Shown here: in pieces, positions 1 to 11,000 of the stretch | How the letters are laid out: every line of letters starts with the position of its first letter | How positions within the stretch are numbered: the first letter of the stretch is position 1 | DNA from: Auanema rhodensis | Taxonomy: Eukaryota > Animalia > Nematoda | Length of the DNA: 64,000 bases | Direction of reading: 5' to 3' | NCBI GenBank assembly: GCA_964057225.1 | Contig: OZ059895.1 | Coordinates: forward strand, 12,028,001-12,092,000 | The notes under the pieces: model-generated | The model's database searches: none | What the model was told of the DNA's origin: nothing | The model's input: the letters and a program-made list of their open reading frames with translations, nothing else | Translations under genes and position numbers: made by a program

Positions 1-2000
1 ATTTTCAATTTTATCTCTTCCGTAACAAAAGTTTTCAATTTTCCAGAAGTTTTACTTAGATAGCTCAACCCAAGGCATTAAAATATCTTCAATCTTATTT
101 CTATATTACAGTTATAAACCAGTAGTTTATGAACCTTCATCTTAACTTTACTGTTTCTATCTATTTCCTATTGAAACAAACATTGTTTAAACACTATACA
201 ACTGTGAAACCTTTTTTAATTTATTGTATTTGGAGCTCATAAGATTCAATATCATCGAGGGATTTAGATGTAACGTGGAAAATTACATAACTAACATGAA
301 ATTGGAAAAAAAACAATAACGAGGATAAGTATGTAAATCATTGAATATCAGATATTTCCGCCTACGACCATACCACGTTGAAAGTACGCCATGCAGCTGA
401 TTTTCAATTTTATCTCTTCCGTAACAAATGTTTTCAATTTTCCAGCAGTTTTACTTAGATAGCTCAACCCAAGGCATTAAAATATCTTCAATCTTATTTC
501 TTTATTACAGTTATAAACCAGTAGTTTATGAACCTTCATCTTAACTTTACTGTTTCTATCTATTTCCTATTAAAACAAACGTTGTTTAAACACTATACAA
601 CTGTGAAACCTTTTTTAATTTATTGTATTTGGAGCTCATAAGATTCAATATCATCGAGGGATTTAGATGTAACGTGGAAAATTACATAACTAACATGAAA
701 TTGGAAAAAAAACAATAACGAGGATAAGTATGTAAATCATTGAATATCAGATATTTCCGCTTACGACCATACCACGTTGAAAGTACGCCATGCAGCTGAT
801 TTTCAATTTTATCTCTTCCGTAACAAATGTTTTCAATTTTCCAGCAGTTTTACTTAGATAGCTCAACCCAAGGCATCAAAATATCTTCAATCTTATTTCT
901 TTATTACAGTTATAAACCAGTAGTTTATGAACCTTCATCTTAACTTTACTGTTTCTATCTATTTCCCATTAAAACAAACGTTGTTTAAACACTATACAAC
1001 TGTGAAACCTTTTTTAATTTATTGTATTTGGAGCTCATAAGATTCAATATCATCGAGGGATTTAGATGTAACGTGGAAAATTACATAACTAACATGAAAT
1101 TGGAAAAAAAACAATAACGAGGATAAGTATGTAAATCATTGAATATCAGATATTTCCGCTTACGACCATACCACGTTGAAAGTACGCCATGCAGCTGATT
1201 TTCAATTTTATCTCTTCCGTAACAAATGTTTTCAATTTTCCAGCAGTTTTACTTAGATAGCTCAACCCAAGGCATCAAAATATCTTCAATCTTATTTCTT
1301 TATTACAGTTATAAACCAGTAGTTTATGAACCTTCATCTTAACTTTACTGTTTCTATCTATTTCCTATTAAAACAAACGTTGTTTAAACACTATACAACT
1401 GTGAAACCTTTTTTAATTTATTGTATTTGGAGCTCATAAGATTCAATATCATCGAGGGATTTAGATGTAACGTGGAAAATTACATAACTAACATGAAATT
1501 GGAAAAAAAACAATAACGAGGATAAATATGTAAATCATTGAATATCAGATATTTTCGCTTACGACCATACCACGTTGAAAGAACGCCATCCCGTCCGATC
1601 TGGCAAGTCAAGCAACGTTGGGCCCGGTTAGTACTTGGATCGGAGACAGCTTGGGAATCCCGGGTGCCGTAAGCTTTTCAAATTTTTTTAACGATCATAC
1701 CACGTTGAAAGTACGCCATGCAGCTGATTTTCAATTTTATCTCTTCCGTAACAAATGTTTTCAATTTTCCAGCAGTTTTACTTAGATAGCTCAACCCAAG
1801 CCATTAAAATATCTTCAATCTTATTTCTATATTACAGTTATAAACCAGTAGTTTATGAACCTTCATCTTAACTTTACTGTTTCTATCTATTTCCTATTGA
1901 AACAAACATTGTTTAAACACTATACAACTGTGAAACCTTTTTTAATTTATTGTATTTGGATCTCATAAGATTTGATATCATCGAGGGATTTAGATGTTAC
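1..2000 (+). repeat. 5S rDNA tandem array, segment 1 (three 399-bp deleted units starting at 360, 759 and 1158, then one full unit)
   Basis: Exact 399-bp periodicity; 5S 5' end GCTTACGACCATACCACGTTGAAAGTACGCCAT followed directly by spacer. Confidence 0.95.
1557..1675 (+). rRNA. 5S rRNA (variant)
   Basis: 119-nt nematode-type 5S, followed by TTTT Pol III terminator. Confidence 0.93.
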
Positions 2001-2339
2001 TGTTCCATACGTGTCTTATAAAGAAGGCGGTTGACAACGTCAACCGACTTTTGGTTAATAGAATTCAATAAGAAACTAGACCTGAACTACTTTTTGTATA
2101 AATTCAATTATATTTGTAATTAATATTTTGCTATATAAACCCCTGAGAAAGCAACTAGGTTGGCTTTCTCATAACATGTAGTTTCATTTATTTGATTATT
2201 GTATTTTGCTTTTATAATTGTATTTCCATATTCTGAATAAACTTCTTTTTCTCTACTCTCTGTTACTTTTACAATGGCATTCACACTATTAAAGTCCATA
2301 TGGTTACCTAGCCGGAACCCTAGGAACCAATATGGAACG
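2001..2339 (+). repeat. 5' LTR of element 1 (TGTTCCATA...TATGGAACG)
   Basis: Direct repeat of 13414-13752; TATATAAA near 2132, AATAAA near 2236. Confidence 0.96.
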
Positions 2340-2358
2340 TGGAGGTTCCACCGAGATT
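2340..2358 (+). promoter_or_regulatory. Primer binding site complementary to tRNA-Gln 3' end
   Basis: TGGAGGTTCCACCGAGATT directly after the LTR is the complement of ...AATCTCGGTGGAACCT-CCA of eukaryotic tRNA-Gln. Confidence 0.88.
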
Positions 2359-3471
2359 CGTCTATAAGGGACGAATCTCTATGGACCATTGCCGCTACTT
2401 TTCTCACCTTTAAATTACTTTCTCTTTCTTTGAAATCCTTTTTACTCTAAAAATTTATCTTGATTTCATATCCAAAAATTCTAATTAAATTTTATATTTC
2501 AAACTTTCAAGTCAATTTTGTATCTAAAACAAAAACTCCAATTTAATCTAGTAATTCGAATTTATCTCTAAATATCATTCTTCTAACATCATTTCTGATA
2601 TATCTATTTGAAAAAAAAAATGTCTTATACATATTATCTATTACAATCTATATTCCTACTTTATTCCTCTACTTTCCTGTATGTTAAAGGCATAGAATGT
2701 ATAAAAAACTCTTTTTGGAACAAGCATATCAAAATATTTAACCACGAATAATATTAAAAACTATCAATTCATGAAATATCTTAAAGACATTTATTCATAT
2801 TGCAACACTTACCCATAAGTCATCTTGAAAACATCTTATCACAAGCTAAATTTTGAAAATATCTATTCATAAATCATTCTGAAAACATTGATTCATAAAC
2901 AAAACCACTATTCTTGATATCTAACGCATTTTTATGAGAAAGCCCCGTAAGAAACAATACCAGACATTCTCGGGACATCGCGCGGAGGCGTACACTTTTT
3001 GATATAAGACGCGCAATCATTTGAAATTAACCCTTTTGGTCCCATATGTGAATTAATGAATATTTTGAAGTTGAGTGGTCCCACCTAGCAAGACCCAGGG
3101 GAACAGAAGTAACGTTAAAAGGGAACGTCTTTTGGGGGTTTGCTTAGGTAAGAGAAGTCTGGAAAAGTGAGTATGAGAAGCCTGTGTACCTGATCTTGTC
3201 CATGACTGAAAAGGAGCAATACACAGACCACTGTCTCATATCTCATGCCTCTTCGAGAGATAAGAACTTGGTCCTTTGCTAAAGGTCACACGTAGTTGCG
3301 GACTCGTGTATGAACCTGACCAGGCTATTCTCCGACTAGAGACCCGCTGCAGGCTGGCCCCCTGACAGGAACAGGAGTCGCGCATACCAACCCCATATTG
3401 TCTCTTACGTTTTGTATAATATAAGCTCAGTCTTCGTTGGTTAATAATTTCCTTCCAGGAAACCAACAAAG

Positions 3472-5119
3472 ATGGCTGACGCAGCGAATCAAAATCCTCC
3501 GCCGGGAAATATTGCCCAAAATGCTACGAATAGCGCAGAGAAAACTCAGACAGTGGAAGCAGCACTGCATAGAAACCAAAGAAAAAATGGACCACCGGAT
3601 GCATTCCGACCAGATGCGAAATATCCGAAAACGAACGCGAAATCAAAGAAATTACCCCCTATTCCGGGTACACCGCTAACTGCTAAGAAACTTTATACTA
3701 CTGCTATTAAAACTACTAGGCATGCAATTAGCTTGAATAAGAATAAAACATCATCCAGTAAATCTACGCCCAAACGCTCTTCTCACTCTCCAAAAACAGT
3801 TGTTAATACCGGCACTAACACTTGTCCTCCAAATCACACTTCTCCTCAACGCCTTGTTCAAACCGCAAATGCGGAAATCCTCACCTCTCCTATTCCTAGA
3901 AACTCTCCCTCTTCCACTGATCAATCTTTGCACGGGCACTCTCTGTCTCCTGTCTCTTCTTCGTCAGACAATAACGTAAATTTGACTTCGAATGTTACAG
4001 AGCAGAGAAGTCGCCCTCAAATGGCAGAGCAGATGGAGCAAGACAACTCTCCTATTGCAAGAGCCCACAACGTTTCTATTCGCCATCACAAACCTACGCT
4101 TTATGATGGATTGGTTCCATTCAACCTCTACATGCAAAGACTAGAAGGATATTTCGATGCCCTTCAAGTCCCTATTGCCGAGAGACTTTCCCATCTCTAT
4201 CTACTTCTCGGAACGGATAGAGCCGCTGAAGCTCTTCGAACTATACCAGCAGAAGACTTACGCCAGGGATGGAACCACGTCAAACGCATACTATCGGAGA
4301 AATTACAACCTCCAGAAAAGAGAGATGCAGCATTCACAAAACTATGCAGCATTCACAAAACTCACTCATTTGAAACAAGGAGAGCACGAAACGGTACAAA
4401 ATTTCGCTCAACGCTGCAGAAACCTTGCCTATGAATCATGCAACATGGACTCGACAGCCGATGAAAGAATACTACGAGTTTCATTCTTAGGAGGACTACG
4501 AAAGACTTTAAGAACACATGTCAATAACCGCAGCCCTATCACCTTTGATGCAGCCGTGACTATTGCCGAAACTGTGGAAACTGACGAGGATCCTTCGCTC
4601 TTGGTCAACAACTTGATTAAAGACGTGGAACAACTAGAGATTAATAATGGTCTCATAAACCACATGAGAGCATCACAACAGGAGAAAATCTATGACGGAT
4701 CACAAACACACCAATCAAGAACATTCTATGGAAATCAATCAAGACCACAACAACCACAAGAGCAATGGAATCAAAGAAGAGGAGGATACCGCTCACCAAG
4801 ATACCAAGAGGATCGACAAAATAACCGTCACAACTTCAGACAGGATAACAGAAACAATGGATATCAACAAGGATACAACAATATCGTAGCCCCCAACGGT
4901 ACGATAGATACAATGATCGATACAACAGCAGAGGAAACGATCGATATGATAGCAGAAGGAATGATCGACAGGAGCACAGAGGAAACGACCGATACAACCG
5001 CGGAAACTGTCCTGATCGCGGATTTCAACAACGAAATCGCAGCACTTCATATGGACCACATAACAGGCACAGAGATCGCACAAGAAGCCCCAGCGTCCGT
5101 TTTCACGTTAACAAAGTAG
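3472..5119 (+). pseudogene. gag: gag (basic Ser/Pro-rich N-terminal extension, capsid, Arg/Gln/Asn-rich NC-like region), frameshifted in this copy
   Basis: ORFs 3472-4434 and 4157-5119 join when one copy of the 19-bp tandem duplication ATGCAGCATTCACAAAACT (~4325-4362) is removed; capsid-like motifs PTLYDG...YMQRLEGYF and LKQGEHETVQNFAQR. Confidence 0.8.
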
Positions 5120-5145
5120 AAAAGGAAACAATCAAAACAAAGAAG

Positions 5146-8034
5146 ACACTTCCGTTCATACCGCTATTCTTATCCGTCATCGCCCTATCTATGATACCTT
5201 GCCAGGCAGACAACACCTATCAACTCTGCATTGGCAAACGAGGAGGTATTTTCCTCGAACCACCTCGCCCAACCACCTGCTCAGACTATGCACACAAGGA
5301 CGGAGTCGAGATAAAAACAGTGGAACTATTCGCAGAAAATATGAATTACAAGGAATGGGAAGCATGGAAATGCGCCAAGGAAATCTATAAAACGTGCGCC
5401 CACGACTTATTCTTCATCAGGGAAAATAACGTTACATTACTCCGAATAGAACCAGCCACTCCACAAGAATGCCAAACAGTCATTCAAGAAAGACGACACA
5501 TGGATAACGACCTCAATCGCGAAGCACCAGGACTATTCAAAGCCCCTATGCCATCTAGTACACAATCAAAATCGTTTTGGGCATCCTCTTGCACAACCAA
5601 GTCAAGATTCACCTTAGAAAGAGGAATGATGACTAGCCTACACGATGACACTATAATCTCCGACTTATTCATCAACACTGAAGGATGTACTAAGCAACAA
5701 GGAGTATGCAACACCACCAACGCAGTTATCACATGGATCCCACCCAATGATCATCGAAATTGCGACTACACGACATTAGGGAAATTCGAAGCACTAATCA
5801 ACAATGATACTGTATTAATCTCGGAAATACAAGGAGCATTCATTCTCAAAAACAACACGCCAGACCCTACAGCTACAAGATGTATGAATACAAGCATCTA
5901 CTCAACTGATAGTGGTACGTACATTTCCATCAAGGACTTAAAAACACACCGACGTCAAAAGAGGATGGCACCCCAAGAATACCCTACGAGATTCTTCAAT
6001 ATCACTATCTACAAATCACTTCGCCTCACAGACAGTTCTACAGGTATACTACCTATGTACCAGACATATCGAAATAGGAAAAGACTGGACAACGCTTATA
6101 ACCTTATGGAATATCTCAAGACATCTAGCGTACACATAGGTTTCATCAAATTCCTACAACTAGATTCATCAAAACTGAAGAACCGACTCTTATGGCACAA
6201 CTACACTGACATCAACATGGTTATCCTGCACACACTTGCAGAAGCTGAGATTCGACTTTCTACGAAAATTGCCATCGAACACCTACTGCCATCAGAGATC
6301 ACGGCAAAACTCAGCAAGCAAATCACTATCAGCGACTTTGCCACACGTCTACTCAACTACGAAGGCGATTATCTCGACCGAGCAAGACAAATAGCAATTG
6401 AAATAGCTCACACACCTACAACTCTGGCAACAGGAGAGACTATTTCATCAATGGAGGACTATCTGTACCAACTGTACGCACCCAGGATGACAAAACTGCC
6501 TAGATCACGCACTGACACACAGTTCTACACCCAGATGGATCAAATACAGGAGTTTCTTGATTATCTAGAGCAAAACAATCGTCTAACTCGGATATCAAAA
6601 GAACAAAGAGAGACAGAAAATAAGAAATGGGCAGATCTCACAAAACAGGCAAATTCGTCAGCAATCGTCTTTCCCAACTATACCCTCATCTTCAACGGAC
6701 ACGCACAAAATTATGGGTTGCCCAAAAATCAACCTACAATCAGACCTATCACGGATGAAGACAGCAAATTATTTCAACAAGCATATCTTCAGCTCATTGA
6801 GTCACCTGGTGCTAGCCCCACAACCACCACTACTACAACCACCACAACCACTACATCGACTACCACAACAACTGCCCCGACAACTACTGCTCATCGGACG
6901 TCTCCACCTCAACCTACAACTACACCAAGGAGATATTATTATTACCAGAGTACAACAACTCCAGTAACTCCACCACCACGTCCTCTCACCACCACACCCC
7001 GCAGGGAATCTACTAGGACACTTCCAACAACTCGGACTACTACAAAGCGAGCAACAACGACCCAACCGATTGAGGAAATCAAATCTCACACTGGATCACA
7101 AGCACACCTCAATTTCCTACGAACACGAGCAGATATCATTCAAAAATACGACGATCAACTTCGTCAACAAGATACAAGGTCCCACCTCCAATACTCTACG
7201 TCAAAACTAGAGGAGGAAATCTTACAATCTTTCCAAATAACAAAGAAAAGCGTATGCAGAATGCAAAATAAGCAGCTACTTACCTGGTGGGCTATCCTGC
7301 AGATTAATCCGACTATAGGAATTCGCACTATGCTTCGTCGACAGGATATTTCAGCAAAGTTTGTTGGAGAACATCTTATTTACGTCATGCCATGCACCCC
7401 TGTAGAAGTAACACGTGTATACTCGGATCACAAACGAGACGATAAATGTTACCTGGAGACACCGGTAGACACGGAACATCACGGAAAACTCTTCATCACA
7501 CCAGGATCAAGAGATTTAACACCATATGCCCACATCATAGCATGCGATATGGCTACATCAGATCCCTACAGAGAAAACAATCAATGGATGAAAGATAATT
7601 CAACATTGAATGTGACTAACTTCTCATTTTCGGATGAACTCACATCTGTAAAAATTGATCACATTAAGTTTAACAATTCCAACATATTTTCAAACCTCAC
7701 GGAGTCAACATTTCCAATGGCACTGGCTATTTCCTACGGCTCTAGCCTAGCATCTTTACAAGCAACTATGCCAGGAAAATTGAAACCAGTCTTCAAACAT
7801 TCTGGACTATCCAATCTGAATCCAATAGGAATTATAGGAGGAACAGTTGGAACGACATTAATGATAGCAGATAACATATCAAACAACGCGGAGAAACAAA
7901 TCACAAATTTCTTTGGATACATAGGAGAATCAATTACAGCATGGATACTAAGGACACTAGCTATTATTGGAGCAATCATCGTCACAATAGGACTCATAAC
8001 TGTTACCATTTGGGCATTAAAAATATATGCATGT
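5146..8034 (+). other. env: Envelope glycoprotein region (signal peptide, rhabdovirus G / herpesvirus gB-like ectodomain, furin site, mucin stretch, TM)
   Basis: Hydrophobic LPFIPLFLSVIALSMIPCQA; WKC..IYKTC...P.TPQEC; RRQKR at 5950-5964; Thr-rich 6817-7065; VCRMQNKQL...INPT...ISAKFVG...PCTPV...CY..PV; TM 7939-8034. Confidence 0.82.
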
Positions 8035-11000
8035 ACCACAAGGATACCAATCAATCAAATCACATTCAACGAACAAGACGAAGAACCAAGAGGAGAGGAC
8101 AAACAATTCGAATTAAAACCACTAGTCACTTCTCAGCAAGAGAAATTATATACAAGAACCTCTCGATATGATCCTGACGCCCCACTATCAGATAATGACT
8201 TTTTCGCCTATCTACCACGGTACGCTATGAAAGAATCAAGGATTAACTACATCGGAGGATCACGACTACCTTTCGTACCTCTCTCCATTCACAATCAGAT
8301 CTTTACTGCTTTATGGGACACAGGAGCTTCTATATCATACATGAAGGAAAGTACATTTCAACAACTACCGGCAGCAACAATGGTTATGGAAAAGACAACA
8401 GCCATTGTAGCAAACAAATCACGATTTTCTTTCCTGGGCTACACAAGAATCCCAATTATTATCGGAAAGACAGAAATCGAGCACAAAGTACTGATTTCTG
8501 CCAACAACCACTGCCCAGCACCAATATTATTAGGAATAGACTTCATAGAAGCTCTCAACAAAATAGGAATAAATACATCTTTACGACCACTACAAAATTC
8601 ACTACTAATTGGAGACACAATAGTACCTTTAGCACAAGACTACGCGCCATGGACTGAGAACCACACGATAGCACACGTCGTAAGCCTGGAAACCAAACAG
8701 TTCTACCCAGGAGAAACCAGATCGCTTACATTGGAAGTAGACGATCCCGCCTCTTACGAACAAGCTTTCATTAGAAGCTCACAGCGGACAGGAAAAATGA
8801 GTTTCGCCCCTACTACTTTCACCCCAACGGGATATGGAGTTCAGATATTTGCTACAAATATCTCTCCAGACACAATTGTAGTACAGACAAATCAAGGCAT
8901 TGGAACAGCTTACGCTATCCCGAAAAACACGGAGGAGCAAAAAGGACAATATGTGCCACCAGAAGCAAGATGGGAAGATCAACTACCATACTTCCCAGAG
9001 GACTTTATAAAAGACCTCGATGTAACAAACACCATCTTTACTCAGCTAGAGAGACAACAGTTAAAGAAAATAGTGCTCAGAAACAAGGAAGCTTTCTTAA
9101 ACGAGGATCGCAATATTGGACTTTTCAAAGGACCAGTGGAACATAGCATCCCGATCATCGAAGGAAAAGTTCCATCTTTCAAGATCACGTACAGAATACC
9201 TCTATCACAACAAGAAGAAGTAGAAAAACAAGTGGAGGAAATGTTAGAACAAGGAATAATTGAGCCATCTTTCTCTATGACTACCAGTCCCGTAATATTG
9301 GTCAAGAAAAAGGATAAAACGTACAGATTTGTGACTGATTTTCGAGCACTCAACGCAATAACGCAAAAACAAATCTACGTTATATCTAACATTCAAGACA
9401 TCTTGGACCTAGCAGCCGGAGCGCGTATTTTCAGTAACTTTGATCTAGTATCTGGATTCTTTCAAATCCCTCTTAGATCAGAAGATAGACACCTCACCGC
9501 ATTCACTACTACGAGCGGAACTTATCAATACTGCAGAATGCCGATGGGACTCTGCGGAGCTCCACACACATTCCAAAATGCTGTACGATATTTACAACAA
9601 CACGTACGATGCAAGCTCTTCGTCTATCTCGACGATCTACTTCTCATATCGGAATCAACGACGAAACATTCACAAGATATCGACGAAGTACTGAACGCAT
9701 CAGCAGAGCTAGGATTAAAAATCAAGCTTAAGAAATGTACCTTTGGACAACAAGAAGTCAAATTCCTAGGATTCATTGTTGGACACGAAGGAATAAAACC
9801 AGACCCTCAGAAAGTAAAAGCAATCCAAGATTATCCAAGACCGAAATCAATAACAGGAGTTCGAGCATTTATGGGAGTTGTGAACTACTTTCGCAGATTT
9901 ATTAGAAATGCCGCAGGCATTGCGTCACCACTTTATGAGCTCACGAAAAAGGATACAGCTTTCAAATGGGGAGATGCAGAAGAACAAGCATTTCAACAAC
10001 TTAAACAGATACTCTGTCAAGCTCCTGTACTACAAGCACCTATAGCAAAACGACCTTACGTCATTGAAAGCGATGGAAGTATAATTGCAGTTGGCGCAGT
10101 ACTATTACAGGCTAAAGACGACAAGGAACCACTTCACCCAATTGCATTTGCCAGCCGAAAACTGAACAAAGCCGAACGGAATTACCCGCCAATTGAAATC
10201 GAAGCCCTAGCACTCACTTTCGCAGTACATCAATTTCGGACTTACATACTAGGCACACCAATAAGAATCATTACCGATCACAGGCCTCTTACTAGCCTCA
10301 TGACAAGAAAAGATCTCATTGGCAGGCTAGCAAAATTTCAAATCGTATTACAAGAATACGACATCGAGATAGTGTATCGCCCAGGACGTCTTAACAGCGT
10401 CTGTGATGCACTTTCACGATATTTTGAAGACGAAGTCAACGAAGCCAAGGAAAGAAAGAAGAAACCAAAAGAAACTCCTACACACAAAATCTCGACTATT
10501 TCAACTATTACGGACCTTCGGACCATTCAAGGCAATACAGAATGGATCATGGAAACAAAAGAAAAGATTCGGAACAAAACAGCAGGAAGGCAACTAATGG
10601 ATCGATATATCGTTGTGAACGACGCTCTGTATGCAAAACCCAAAACAGCTTTACAAACTCCGCGAGCCATTCTACCAAACGATCCAGCAATCACAATACC
10701 AATTATAGAAAAATTTCATAAGGACCCAATTCTCGGAGCGCATCTAGGAATCAATAAGACGCAAGACTCCATTTTGCGACGGTACACTTGGACAGGAATA
10801 CAGGATGATATCACAAGATATGTGAACAGATGTCTCGGATGTGCAAAGAGGAAAAATAACCCACATGAAGCCACAGTTGAACCAATGAGAAACTTCCCAA
10901 CAGTGACACATCCATGGGAACGAGTTCACATGGACATACTTGGACCACTAACTCGGACCGCAAATGATAAAAGATACATTTTATCAATACAAGACGCTTT

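Noticed and set aside
1996-2000. 5-bp TSD GTTAC for element 1
   Set aside because: Element 2 shows that the terminal G belongs to the LTR, so the TSD is the 4-bp TTAC
2120-2407. Antisense ORF across the LTR/PBS (also 23511-23742)
   Set aside because: The apparent similarity between elements comes from conserved cis RNA structures; orientation and frames are not preserved
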